Assembly: GCF_009914755.1 (NCBI RefSeq)
Contig: NC_060942.1
DNA length: 64,000 bases
Source: the human T2T-CHM13v2.0 reference genome, Homo sapiens
Strand: one strand, 5' to 3'
In this document: piece by piece, positions 25,961 through 41,914 of the stretch
How the letters are laid out: the number at the start of each line of letters is the position of its first letter
Numbering within the stretch: the stretch's first letter is position 1
Notes under the pieces: generated by a model
Databases searched by the model: none
What the model saw: the letters and a program-made list of their open reading frames with translations, nothing else
Told to the model about the DNA's origin: nothing
Position numbers and translations under genes: made by a program

Positions 25961-26599
25961 CATTTCACTGATACTGCTGATTAAGTTTAGCTGAACACAA
26001 CTAATGGGTGGAAATGTTTACAGTCTGCACATATTTTAGTTTATTATTAATTTTGCAGTAAATTGTGCATTTCCAAGGATACTTGAGGTTAATTGCCATA
26101 TTAAAAATGTACACTGTAGTTTTTTAGTTCTACCTTGCCGAAGGTTACTGTACTTGTCAATCACTTGTTGAGCTAGTAGTTACCAGTAATTGAAAACAAG
26201 GGAAACTTGACTAGGAAAAAACCCAGGGGGATTTTTTAGTTGTTTTATTGACTCTTCCCTTTTATTTTTTAATAATAGCAATTGAAGTGTCTAACTTTAA
26301 TTTTTAATGTTACTAATATACTTTTGAGTAAATAATCAACTACTGCACACCTACAACATTGGCAACTAAACTTAAATCACTTATTAAATCAATCCTTTTT
26401 TTTTTTTTTGGTAGATATTTGGCAAATCTTAATGCTAGATTTTGAGTCCCTTGAGGAAAGAAGTCAAGTCTTTCCCATAGCTTTACTCCCAACCCTAACA
26501 TGTTGATTGAAACATCAGGGGCTCTCAATGGTAATAAAAAGGATAACTGACTAGTTGTAGCTTACGGTGCAATTGTTTCCAACTCTTCCTGCTGCCTTC

Positions 26600-26900
26600 A
26601 AGCAATGGGAGTATGCATTTCTGCTTGCCATGCTGCAATTTTAATGCTAGCCTTGTCCGTGTATATCTAGCTTTGGTAAATAATATGTGGACATAACATG
26701 TACCATACCTGAGCAGAAGTTTTGGAAGACATTGTGAGGTTTCACTTTCCATCTTAATCCTGGAAAGAAGCAGCCCTCAGAGTCACATAGGACCTCTAAC
26801 AATCTTCAACAAGAGGTCTGCTCCTAGTATGTAACTTGAGCAAGAAATAGACCTTTGATCTTGAAAGCCACTGAGATTTTATACAGCTAATGAATATACT
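26600..26900 (+). mobile_element. Old MLT1 LTR remnant
   Basis: tgagcaagaaatagacctttgatcttgaaagccactgagatttt resembles the MLT1H/J 3' end. Confidence 0.45.
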
Positions 26901-27002
26901 CCATCATTTGAATGAGCAGGTTTCACTTGTCACCGGTTGAATGCTTAGTTTAACTCAAAGATGTGTTTATGTTTATCTATAATATATTTTATAAAACTGA
27001 CT

Positions 27003-27355
<353 letters not shown>

Positions 27356-27769
27356 TTACTTGCCCCAGCAGGCTAGGTATTCTGATCCCCATATTGACAA
27401 TCAGGCCAACTATAGATCCAATTCAATAGAGAAGGACATAAAGTACAGAGTAGGTTTTCACACAAAAGGTAGGAAAAGGAATAAATCCTGTGTTGATTGT
27501 GTCAAGCAGGAAGTCTGTGGTCAGAGTTTAGTTATCATAGAGTAAAGATATGATGCAATGAAGTGTGAGAATCTATCAGTTCTTATTTCGTGGCTGTTTA
27601 AATTTGTTATTTTTCACAAGTTCTTAGCAAAATTCCTTTGGAAAAGTATTGCCCACTCCCCTACTATTCTTATTAAACTATAGTGATAAGAAGCTTTTGG
27701 TTGCAACCTGTTTTAATTAGTGCTGGTAGTTTTAGTTCCTGTTAAATTCCTGAAAATATTTGAATCTTC

Positions 27770-28340
27770 ATAACTGGAATGCATTATGCTGCAAATAACA
27801 AAAAACCCAACTTAAAGCAGCTTAAAAATAATGTGGTATGTAAGCTGCTCATGTAACTGAAAGACTGAAGATTCAGTAGGGACTATGTTTCCTTTTCTTT
27901 GATACCATCAGTGCCCTTGCATCTTTGTGTATGTTTTTGGCTGAAACTTACTTTCATTATATGCATATATATGTGAAAAAAAAAATACAAAACCAGGACT
28001 AGGGAAATGTTCTTTTCATCAAATTGAAAAGAAAAAAAATGCTGTCCTTTAATTCTGGGATAGAAACTCTCACTCAGTTTGATTTAACTTTGCTCAACTG
28101 TCTTCTCTCAGGATCACCGATAGTTGTGAGGAAAATGTCATGCCTGTGCACACTGTGCACTGGTTGGCAGGAGCCTGGATGCCTGAACCCATCACTGACG
28201 AGAGGGCTGGGACTGTGCTCAGCTTTCCCTGAATCTCATTGGTTAGGTGGATGGTAGAACAGTACTAGGGATTTGGTTGGTATAGAAGAAGGGGTCAAGG
28301 ATGCTGAGCAAGCAATCTAAAGGGTTTGCACAAATAGCAT
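27770..28340 (-). mobile_element. Old MLT1J/K-like LTR
   Basis: gaatgcattatgctgcaaataacaaaaaacccaacttaaagcagcttaaa is the typical reverse MLT1J/K start. Confidence 0.5.
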
Positions 28341-28789
28341 AGAGCTTAAATGCTAAAGAGTGGAAAATCAAAGGGGTCTAGTAATAATTTTTATTTTCTT
28401 TCCCCAAAGTTCTCCTGTTTGCATTCAGAATAAATGAATACTCAACTCATATCTTTACTGTCCCTTGAGTGTGTCTACATTTCACACCTTTGTGCTTATA
28501 TTGTTCCCTCAGCCATAGATGACTTTCTGTAACAGATCTACTCATTAAAATTCTACATCTCCTTCAAGGACTGGTTAAATTATCTCCTCCTTGGAATCTG
28601 TCCTGATTAATTTAGCCCACAGTGATCTCATCTTTGTATGACCCATGTAGTACTTGTTGTCAGAACTACAAATTTATTAATTACTAATATACTATCTTAT
28701 GATATAATCTGTACCCAACATTGTTATTTCTTACTATTTCATTAACCTTTGCATATGAGCTAAGCCTTGCATTCCACATTTTACTGTAA

Positions 28790-29101
<312 letters not shown>

Positions 29102-32100
29102 TTTACTGTATCCAAAGGGAGAGATCATGTCTCATTCATGTTAGATAGTTTTAAAAATAATTTTCCACTAAACATAGAGTACATAGTCTTTCATACACTT
29201 TGTTTTTTAAATAAATGTTGTGTGTTAAAATTATTAACTTTTTAAGGGTAACAAATATTGCTTTCATATATTTGTTAATACTAAAACCTATTCAAATGCA
29301 AAATTCCATTACATATATATGTAAACTTTTTTTTTTTAATGCTAGCCTGGACAAATGGAATTTAAAAGTGAAAAGGATTATTCTTCATCCTTTAAGATAG
29401 TTGGAACAAGCAATGCCCATTTGTAGAAGGGGCCTCTTGTATAAAACATTCATATTAAGATTTATTGAAGTCTAGTTATTTCCAGAACTCAGATGCAGTT
29501 CGAATCACACATAATGGGCCAGAGTTTGGGAACTGTAATTTTGAAAAACATCAGGGTCTCCCTTATTGAGATTTATCCTCTGGCCCAGTTTTCATGGACA
29601 ACTGAGTCCTAAAGATGCTTGTAATAGCACAGTGAATGAAAACAAAAAAGAGATTGTGTTTTTTGTTTGTTTGTTTGGACACATGAAATAAGAATCAACA
29701 ATTTGGAATTCATTAATCCATTCATCAAATATTTATTGAGCATCTATCATTTCCTGATTTGAAAATAAGCAAGCTATGTTCTAAATTTAAGTTTTGATTT
29801 AACTCTAAATCAAAATTATAGGGAGGCAATACAGAGATCAGAGCCTGAATTTCAGATTTCATAGTCAATGTCTTTATTCTCACTGCCTCCATGGATCTAC
29901 CTTGGTGCCCGACATGTTTTCCTGAGATTCCTGATGACTTGACACTTTAATGTTCATGACGGCTGGTAGAAAGTTGGGCTGAGTCTGTGGCTATGAACTT
30001 CAGCAAAGGTAATTGCCCCACCTGCCTTTTATCTCTGCTATGTATACACATTAGATGGAGAAGCTTACCTGGCTTCATTAGCTGCTGTGCTCCAGGCGAT
30101 GCTCATTCTAGTGACTGGCAGAAAGGCTGTTATTCTCCTCCTAACTCCCTTGCCTAGCCTATTAGCATACCCTCTCCCCACCCAAATGTTCTGCTAGGCA
30201 CTGTTTGAATCAAGCGACCTAGTCTGGAAGGACCCTGTAGTGACTTTCCAGTCCATTTCTAGTATTAATTTGGTACAATTCATCTCAAAAAAGGCAATTA
30301 GGCATTATAAATTATTCTTTTTCAATTAAACATTTAACCACAACAGAAACAAAGAAGGTCCTAAATGCATTAATTTAAAATCTTTCTCTATGCAGAAAGC
30401 CAAAATAACAGATTCTTTTTCCTAGAAGTGAGAAATTATCTATAAAGTATGCAATAAAAATAAGAAATATTTTAACTTAATTTGTCAACAAAATAATAGA
30501 TATGGCTGTATTACTCTGTTACAAATCAATTATAATAATGAAACTTCATATGAGTTTACTTTTATTTAATTAGTTGCATCAGATATGCTGTAATTGTTAA
30601 TGCATCAAAGTATAAATGATGAAATAAGGTTAAACGGCAGTTCCCAAAACATGTATATTTTACATTGTGGGGAAAAATCACAGCAAAATACCATAAATAA
30701 TGCAAACTATAATCTAAAATGTTAGGTTTGTTAGAAATCATTTTTGGATGAGGAGAGTGGATAAAAAGAAAAAATAATAACTTTCTCAAAGGTGTTTTCT
30801 TTCTTTTTTCCCTCCTAGTTAAAAGGCATTTACATAATGGAACTCCCAGGCAGTAAGTCATGTACCCCCAACTTTATTTTTTTAGTAACAACCCTGATGT
30901 CTCCAAGGAGTGAAGAGATTTGGTCAAGGTCAACCCAGTGCCTAGTTTACGAGAGAACTAGAATTAGGGTCCCGATTTTATGAACTCTCAGGTAAGGCAG
31001 AGCTCTTCAACATCATAATGCTTCTTCTCATTCTCCAGTAATGATTACGAAACATGCATTTCTCTTTGATTCTCAGAAATGTCCCCCTATGGCTAACACA
31101 ATTTACTTGATATGTGAGAACATTGCACAAAATAAAAGTTGCATTGAGTCACAGGGAAAAAAAAAGCTTACCCTATCCTGTGCTACTAAATAAAGCTGAT
31201 ACTTCAAATGCTGAAGGGCGATAATTTACACAAAATTGACACTGTGTTGGTTTTATGGATTTCTAATGTGTTTCATCTTGGGTACATTGGACATATTGAT
31301 GCCTTAGCTTCTGCTGCATCTAATACTGAGGTTTGGAAATTTATACAAATCGAAAACTGCAGGCCTCCTTCAAAACACAGGCAGGCACGAATACTATTTT
31401 TTGCTCCCATCTTTAGTTTGTTTGCTTAGTAAAAACCACACGTTTCAGGAAGAAAAGAAAAATATTTGGTTAAAAAAATTATGCAATAGCTTTTTAGCCT
31501 TTATCTTACAGAAGTTTACCAGATTTCTTTTTCATTAATATTTGGACATTTTGCTTACATTGTTCTCTCTTTCCACTTTCCATCTCTGTAAAATTGGCAA
31601 GATTTTGTGGAACTTAAGACCAAGTTCTGTGTAATGTCACATCTGGGAAAAGAGAAACAAAAACCAAACAAAGCAAACAATAACAAAACAAGACTTCCTA
31701 TCACTAAGACAAAGACAAAAAAATGTATAAAAACTTTATAAGCACAACATAAATGAAACTGAAGAGCAAGATAGAGGTTCACCTGAGTTGTTTTGGATTA
31801 TGTGAATATCTTGCCCACTAAATATCATAACTCTCATATTCCCTTTTGAGTAGAAAAAAATAAACAAAAAGACCCCTTATTCCTTATGGTAGTTTGGTGT
31901 AGAGAAGAATGTAAACATTTATGTGTGTATCTCTGAATTTTCACCCATCTACATAGTTCTCTTTCTCTCCTTCTGTTATAGTTTCTGTCTTCTAGAAAAC
32001 TTTATTTTTCCCCAGAACACACTGTGTAAAAATGTCTGTATTTGTGCTTTTATAAATGGAGAAAATGACCATGTTTTAGAAACCCCAAAGCAGAACGTGT

Positions 32101-32704
32101 GGTTTCAGTATGGATTTCTTTTTCACAATTTGTGAATCTAATGACATTAAAATTCCTCCAAGCATATACACTTTTAAGAGTTAGACTTCTAATGACTTGC
32201 GTATATTAGAAGAAATACAAATACACGTGTATACAGACAAGTATTTCATCTGTTGTTGTCTGGCTGGACCAGCCATACTTAGGGTCTCTCCTGCCCATGG
32301 TGGACCATCCCAAAAGTCACATAAAAGGATCCCGACTCCAAAATCAAGTAGATAGGTTTCTGAATGCAAGGAATGTACATAAAACACTTTGTCAAGGCCC
32401 CATTTTCATGAGAAAATTTGGCATGTCTTTGGCCCATAATGCCCCGTCTTTTTGTGGCTTTTGAGTTTAGAAACAAATCCAAATTTTAATTATTATGTTT
32501 ACTGATATCGTTCATTTAATTTTTTATTTTTTTAAATGGACAGTCATAGATAATTGATACCTTTTGAGACAAAAGTGAGGCGGAATATTTTAAACTGGGA
32601 TTGGCTCAAGAAAATCTCAATTGCATAGCCATTCATTTTATGTATCTATAAATGGATATTTCCCTGGTTCCCCCAAAGATTTGAGGCAACTAACAAAGAA
32701 CAAA

Positions 32705-33090
32705 GAATAATAAGAAAGTTGATCTCATAGAAATAAAAAGTAGAAGAGAAGATACTAGAAATTGGGAAAGATAGGAGAAAACAGGAAATAGAAAGAGATT
32801 TATTAAAAGATACAAAATTACAGCTAGATAGAGGAATATGTTGTGTTCTCTAGCACTGTAAGGATGACTATAGTTAACAGTAATATACTGTATAGTTTCA
32901 AATAGCTAGGAGAACAATACTGAATGTTCCCCATACAAAGAAATGATAAATTATTGAGGTGATGAAAATTGTAGTTATCATGATCTGATCTCCGTATATT
33001 ATATGTATTGAAACATGACTATGTACCTTGTAAATATGTATAATTACTATGTGTCAATTAAAAAAATTAAATTTTAAAAAATAATGTAAA
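32705..33090 (+). mobile_element. L1MA 3'UTR end
   Basis: aagttgatctcatagaaa...atacaaaattacagctagatagaggaat...tatgtgtcaattaaaaaaa. Confidence 0.85.
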
Positions 33091-34479
33091 AAATAAGGTA
33101 GTTGGTGCAAAGGGAAAATAGTAAACATGAAATGGTCGTTGTCAGATTTGTCTGTAAGTTTCCTTGTGGTTTAAGCAAAGAGCGTATATGCACAGTATAT
33201 ATGATGTATACTCATTAAATATTGGTTGACTTCATCAGAGATTGCTAGTTCATGAGTTATGGTTGAAATATTATTTGTGACCATGTAACAAACATAAAAA
33301 CAATCATGTTAAATAGTTTTGTAGGGTGTATGAATATATCAAATGTGTTGTCTTTCATGATTTGTCTTCATTAAGCTCTGAATATAATGCTGAATTTCAG
33401 AGACCAGTATTACATCTACATAGGTCATTTATTTTGTTAATAAATGAGACAGCCAAAAATCAAAGACTTCTCAGTAATCCAAAATTTATCTAAGTGACTA
33501 AAAATTCAACATTTTAAAATCAACTTTAAAATAAAACCTTTCAAAAAACAGAATAACATTTGAAAATAATTTAAAAATAAACATAGACAATTGTAAGATG
33601 CAAATAAATTCTCTTTTCTCATTGTCTCTTCATTCTCAAATGGATTGAATATTTTGATTGAATTGACTTCTCAGGATAATCCAAGGAGTTAGTATTTCTC
33701 TGTGATTAGGCAGAGGTTACTTGAAGGTGGTTACCTCATTTTTCTGATTTAGGATGGTCATAGCAGCCCTTCTTCTCTGGAACATTGTAAATTTTAAGCA
33801 GGGAGTGGTTAAGGGTAGAAGAAACTTTATAAACTATCAGATAAACTGGGAAGAGAAAACAACAAGAACACACATTAGCTCTCAGGGAAGACATCTCAAA
33901 GATTCTCTCCATTTTTTTGGCCTTATTCGCCCTTAAAAAAAAAAAATACGTGATTCAAGAAATACCATGGGCCTGAGCATTCAAGAAATTTGTAAACTTT
34001 CATAAGCTTACGTTTTGGTTTCAACTTGCTCATTAATCAGCCTGACACATTGTCTTTGTTACTGGGAAATAATTATGGTCTCAGAATCTTCATTCCCATA
34101 TTTGTAAATATGAGATTTAGAAAAGCCAAATTTTCTTTCAAGAATAATATCCAAGCTATTCAATAGAACAAATGTGACTATAGAAGTGGAATCACTGAGG
34201 TGTTTGATCACAGCCTGTTTGAAAAAGTGCACACTGAAAACTTATGAAAGCCTTGTTTAGAATTTGTGGTATTTAAGAATACCTCAAATAAGAGTTTGAA
34301 TGTATTTTTTCTTAATGTTTAATGTAATTAAAGCTCAAAAAATTGAATAGCAACACATGCTAAGGGGAATTTTAGAATTACTGGCTTACGAAGCAGAGGT
34401 AGTGTGGCTGAAAGGGCTAAGAATTACTGGCTTACTAAAAATTGGTTAACTAATTATATAAACAACCTTCTAAGCCTTT

Positions 34480-34780
34480 CTATTCGATTAATAAATATTT
34501 GTCAAGGAAGTAGAATTCTCAAACACTCTTTGTGGTGCTAATAATAGGGAAGTGAAGGAGATGAAGTCTGTTCCTTCAATGAGTTTATATTCTAGTAGGG
34601 CACATGGTCTTTTAACAAATAATTACTTTATTGATTATTTAATTAGAGTTGAGATAATGAAGAGGAAATGCAGTGTGATAAAAGTGAATTATAAAGGGGT
34701 ATGATGAAGTCTGGGGGCTAGAGGATAGCATTTATAAAAAAATGATATTGAAGTGGAGTAATAAAATTCAATTATTCATC
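34480..34780 (-). mobile_element. L2 fragment
   Basis: gtctgttccttcaatgagtttatattctagtagggg-type reverse L2 3' sequence. Confidence 0.5.
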
Positions 34781-37266
34781 AAGGGAGGTCCTTTCAAGAC
34801 CCATTGTGTTATTCTCTTCTTCCATTGCAAGAGATAATGTGCTGCTTTATTATAGGTATGGGTGGGGTGGGGTGGAGTGGTTAGCAAGAATTAGTTCCAC
34901 CCTAACTTCCCAGGTCTCCTCCCAGAAACGTCCATTCTAGCCCAGAGTGAAAAGAAAGAGAGAAGAATTGAGTCGGGGGAGATTTCTCTTTCTTTCTCCA
35001 TATATGTATGGAGAAATATATATATTTGCTCATATATATATGAACACGTAAAAGATAAAAGGTGCTCATTTAATGATTATTGAAAGAGCAATTCTTATGG
35101 GTTTTGCATAATCCTGTATTCTGAATATTCAAGACAGGACTATCAGACTGCAAGAAATCTTCTGAGAGCAGGATTTTTTTTTTTCTGGTTTTTGTTTTTT
35201 GACATAGATATGGGAGAATGGGGAATGTGATAAAAACCTTTGGTGGAGATGACGATGATTTCCTCCCTCTGGATTTGATAATCTAGTATGTGCTATGGAT
35301 CGTTTTGTTATATGCACTTGTTGTTTCATGTGTGCTTGGCCTTTTCAACTAGACTAAATGCATTTCAAGCACAGGGACCATGCTTTTCATCACTGTATCT
35401 AGCACAGGACCAACTATTTACACATCTGTTGATAAGTACCCAGGATGACAGTGGGAAGGTAACATCCATTATCCTTGACAAAGCAGCTGTCCAGTTGATC
35501 AGTTTTCATACTACCTTCTATTTCTTGATCATGTAAGACAAGAAGTGAATTATCAGTAGGTTTTTATGCCTTTGTAATGATCTTGAAAATGGTGGAGCTG
35601 TGTCCTGAATGTTCTTTTGCTAGGTTAAAATCAGGAAGCTGTAGTTGCAAATGTCATGAATATGTATGAGTGTCTCAACTGTTGCTTCTACCTCTCTTCC
35701 TTCCCGATTGGTGACTGGATGTCTCCTTCTGCAAGCACTACAGCTGCCTTCCAAAGCCTTTTGTGCTGGGGGGAGGAGTGCTCTGTTATTCTGTTTGTCA
35801 GATGGCAGGGTATTTTTTTCTGATGAATCTTAGGGAAATACCAGTCTCTCTCTTTCTATCTGTCAGCCTCTCCCTCTCTTTTCCTGTAACTGCTCTTCCC
35901 ACCCCCATATAAGCACAAACTGCCTTTAAAAAAAAAAAAACACACACATGAGAATGGGTGGCAGGAGTTTGCAGTGGCAGATTTTTGAAAGAATAAATTT
36001 CTCTGCTTTCTTTCTTTCTGCACTCCAAAGACATCCCACATACACAGATGTGACAACTTTTTTAAAGCTAATTTGAGCGAATGCCTGTCTGGCGACTTAC
36101 TCTGGGAATAGTTACACTTGCCCAAACTGAAGTTATGCCTTTGTAGAGGTGACACTGACGGCATGTTATTACTGCACGCTCAGAAAAGAGACACTATGAG
36201 AAAGAAAAAGAAAAAGACATGAAAATGAAGTGTGCGTGGTAGTGTTTTTGAGGATCTTTGTTAATGGGACCGAAATGGAGGCATTTGCCCAAATGTAACT
36301 GCTTTTGTAAAAATAGCTAGCTGGGAGGCATCTAGTTTGGGCTTCGTTGTTTTCCTTAATAAAGACATTCCTCAAATTCAGCAAACAGAACAAATACAGG
36401 GGTTTCCACTAAAAATGTGTGGGGATAGAGAGGTGGCAGTTCTTGCCAGATTTATTTTTAAATGTTACCTTTTTCAGTTAGTGAACACTTATTTGTGTCC
36501 AATTTCTCAGGCTGTGTTTTGAAAATAGGTATTGTTCAGTCAAACTCATAGTAGCATTATTGTGAAACTGATGAGGGCAGGCAAAGGCATTTGGGGATGG
36601 AGAAGAAAGCAACCTTTCCCGTGTCTGGGTTGTACATTCCAATTTCATGTCATCCACTTGGACAACTGTGCTCCTTTCTTCCTTTCTACACCTTCTCCGT
36701 ATCTTCTTTTTCCTTCTTTTCTTCATCTCCTTGTGTTCATCCTTTAATCAATGCAGATTATATTGCTATTTCTACTTATCTAATACATTAGGGGATATGG
36801 GAATGCATAATGCATTTGTGGGAACATAAAGAATATTATATGCTGCTCTTGCCCTCAGGAGTTTGCTGCTATTTGAGAAGACACGATATATATGCATAAA
36901 ATGTTGAATAAAGATTCAAGATTTGAGTGGCAATATAGGAATATACATCAGATGAGCAATAAGTACTATCAGCTTTTAGTTAAGAGATCAGTGCAGACTG
37001 CATGGTCAGAAAAATGTTTGTTAATTTCTTTCACTCTTCTGGAAGCACACGAAGCTTATATATATGCTTTCAGGTTTTTATCGGATTATCTTACAGTGCT
37101 TTGGCTATATATTTTCCAAAATGTTTTCTAAATATTACTGAGCTTTCAAAGTTTTGATTAAGTTTTACCTACTCTATGAAAAATCCTGTGGTCTTTTCAG
37201 CCCATGGGCAGCTGCTCCTTCTCTGAATTTCTCTAGGTCAGTGCTTCTCTATCATGTGTGGAATAG

Positions 37267-37595
<329 letters not shown>

Positions 37596-39134
37596 ACATG
37601 TTCTAATTTCTACTTTGCTTTGTGTGTATAAGTTAAGTCCTATCTTTTCTTTCAAAATGCATTTTTTTTTTTTTGAGAGAGAGAGAAGGGTTTTTGTACT
37701 CATACAGAGCTCATAAAACCAAAAGCATCCGCTGGTCCACCTTGTTGTTCTGTAAGTATTTACTGAGTTGATGTATAACCAACAGACCTTGGATAAATTC
37801 CTCTCATTGGAAGGATACCCAAATTCATTTCCAGCTCTAATATCAAATAGGACTTTGTTTCTATGACTTGAAGCCAAATTCTCTTTACAAACATTTAAGG
37901 AACACTTCCAGCTTGCACTGGTCACATTAGAGATAAAAGTAGTTTTAGGAGGTATCTTAAGTTCTCACAGAGTTTAGTGCCCAACGAAACTGAATACCAC
38001 TGACAGCAGCAGAATTCCTTCACAGGATGTAGGGTCTTAAGGGGTTAACTACTTTTCAACTTGTAAGACCCCTTCAGTTCCCTGATAAAATTGAGGCTTT
38101 AAGATTTACTTTTCACCATTGTATCTGAAAGCCATTTCAAAAGTCATTCAATAGAGGGCAGGACAAGATGATCTCAAATGTATTTAATTCTATCATTCTA
38201 GATTTCCAAATATCAACAGAAATATATGTACATATATGCACACGAGATAGGAAGGGATTTAAAGGAGGGTGGCTAAGTTGAACTTTTCCTATAAACACTG
38301 CCTTCAGATCAGCACCCCAATTTTCTCCTCTTCTGTGCCTCACGAGCTCAAGTTCTGTTTGGCCAAGGCACCAGAGCTACTGTGATTCCTGGGAGAGTAT
38401 CTAAAACGACAGTTGCTGAAAGGTTACAGAAAAATCTATTAGAAAAGAAAAGTTGAGGGAAATCAGGTGAGCTCATAGAAGAAAATAAGGAAAGATTGGC
38501 TCCCTTTTGGGATTAGGTCTAATTAAGGTGAGCAAGCAGCTGGGCCTGTTTGGAATAACAATTGTGCTAGCATGTCACTTTTTTCTGCTTAGTTGAAATG
38601 TATATAGTTTGGGAATGGTGGATATAAGAAAATTAGAGCTCATTTAGAATCTGTTGAAAGGACAGTGTGCCTTCATTATTAGTTTTGCATCTGAATTTTC
38701 CTGGGGCAGTCCTCTCTCTGTTATAGGTAATGGATTTTTCCCCAGATGTAATTGGATGAGTTTAATTTTTTCTTTCATTACCTGTCGAGGAGGCCTATGC
38801 CCCTACTTCCCTTTGTGTTTTATTGGGACTGTAACCCCTATTTAAATAATGGGTTTGATTGTGCTTATATATGTTCAATCAGCACTTTCTGATTGAATAG
38901 TTCTGGTCACACAACGCTCTCGCCTAGCATTTTTTACTAATTACATTTTCGCCCTGGCTGGGTGTGGGAAAACCTCTGATGGTGTTTGTTTGCTGCTTTT
39001 GATTATGCCAGTGGTTTGGTCCATCCACAGCAGAAGGAGGGTGAGGAAATAGGTCTTTGCGCTATAATTCTGCTGGTCTTAAAGAATGACTTAATTTGAT
39101 TCCATCTTCTATTGAAGGAATAGAAAGCCAAATT

Positions 39135-39332
39135 ATGTGCTAGTAAATTTTTAGCAAACAGATCTAATACAAACAAACAAAAATTATCCCTGATTTGTAG
39201 CTTTTGCTAATTTCCATGGTGTAAATACTCCCACCATAGCTGATTTTATATGACATAATTGAATGTGGAGTTGAGAAGAAATGCTGTCAAACTTATCTCT
39301 AGAGCCAGTGGCTGCAGCTTCAGCACCGCACA
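39135..39332. mobile_element. MER63A-like hAT element
   Basis: tttgtagcttttgctaatttccatggtgtaaatactcccaccatagctgattt...ggagttgagaagaaatgc...gagccag...cagcacc. Confidence 0.65.
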
Positions 39333-39942
39333 AACAGTCTCAGTTACATTTCTGCCATTGAAGGCATGGACCTCATCATCTTCTCATTACAATTGAGATG
39401 GATTACCGGTTGTTAAGCTGACTCAGTTAGGGTGTGATTTCAATGACATATATGTGGGAATTCTATTGAAGTTTTAAAGTCAAAGGCATATTAGGGTGAT
39501 TCTTCTGCCTGTGTTTAAAACTCGGAAATATAATAGCTAAACCATATCATTTTACATTAAATGTACATGTTTCCTTAGAAATTTGTTAAGTACCATATAT
39601 TTTATCCTTTATTAATACATTAATAAGAATCTTAGTAGATGTACTGGATGAGAATTCAGAAGACTTGAGATTTGTCCAAGTCATCATTAATGGTCTCTGT
39701 ATCTTTGATAACCCATTTAATATTGGGGCATCACCAATTTTCTCATCACTTAAGAAGAAGAACCATATAAGAATTTCTATGAGAGAATTATAACCTCTCA
39801 TAGAAACCTTATTTCCACATGGATAGCGTTACTATTTCTTTTCATTCAACTTCTATGACTTTATTTTTATCTGTCCTAAAGTAGATTCTTAACTAGAAAC
39901 TTATGTAATAATATGCTTACATAACTTATATCCATAAAATAA

Positions 39943-40203
<261 letters not shown>

Positions 40204-40939
40204 TGAACAGAGAGAACACTCAAATAATGTACGAGACATGATTTAGTGATTGATTGCCTTAATCAGTCACTAAACAATCCTTGTTAGACAAGGATATTTA
40301 TATTGCAACATTAAACAATTCAAATAAAAATTATAAAATAAGTTAGAAAGCATGTTACCAATGATAAATTATTATTTTTATTTTTCACAGTACAAATTTT
40401 CTAATTCTTGTTAATGACAAGAATGGAATACACTATTGAGGTTTAATGGGTTTCAAAAAAAGGTTAAACATATTTCTATCTTCTCTACCATAACTACGTC
40501 TTTTTGACAATGTCCCAAATAGATGAATATAAAATCATTTTAATTTGGTTCAATAAGCCTTAAGCCTTATTTGAGTATATTGCAAATGCAAAAATGAAAA
40601 AGACTTCCAAGTTGGTGGGGCATCCCACTGGACTGTGATGTTTTCTATTTCCCACTTTTACTCACCATTTCCTCATGGCCTCCAATGTTAGGATAGACAA
40701 GCTTTTGACTCAATCTTAAATGCAATGAGTCATGGCATGCCAGAAGTGCTGTGTAGTGATGAGGTCTGTGACTGAGAGATGGAGAGACTGTGGCTTTTCC
40801 TCTCAATCTTTTCATCCTACTCTTTAAGTTTCCATTTTGCCATCCATAAAATAGCAAATATAGTGTGTAACTGCTTTACCTACTAGCATCAAGTTGAGTA
40901 TGTACAAGAAAAGGACCCTAAAATATAAAATTGCCGTAA

Positions 40940-41248
<309 letters not shown>

Positions 41249-41914
41249 TAACCCAAATGACTGATCACTAGGCAATAAGTCTAATTATAGATGGAAAGTA
41301 TGATTTAAGAGGCTGTGGGTAATTTCAAAATAGAACTGGGTCTGGAGTGGTCTGTTTCTAGCAAAATGGTGGACTAAAATAGTGCTGACATTCTCCCACT
41401 ACAGCATGTTAAATAAAATGAAATAAAATATGACCAAAAATATTTAATACATGGCTGAGTTTGTACAAAAGAAAGAGAAATATTCACTTTCCCAAAGCAA
41501 AGAGAAAGCAGTGAAGATAAGGGGGCCAATAACAGCTCAGGCCTTGGATTTTAATCTACTTACATAAAGAAGGGACAATGCCATAGGCCTGAGCTAAATG
41601 AGAACTAAGAATTGGGATTTTCTAAAATAAAACTGGGACCTGCAGGCTACAACCCAAGGAAAAATGTTCTTCATGCTATTTATATGAGTGAAATGTAAAA
41701 CATGAAGAACCAAGAAAAAGTTTGGAAGTACAGTGATTGAAAAGATACCTACTGGCAAAGACTAGCCAGAAGAAACCTAGAGGAACTTTTAAAATATCAC
41801 CCAAAACATTCTGTGAGAAAAGAAAAAATAAAATAAAATATTATTAAAGAAGGTAATTGTATAATTCTAAAATATTTAAGTCATAAGGAACACATTACAA
41901 TCTTAAAAAACAAA

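Noticed and set aside
38872-38899. Small hairpin tgttcaatcag/ctgattgaata
   Set aside because: A 9-11-bp stem is within chance expectation for 64 kb.
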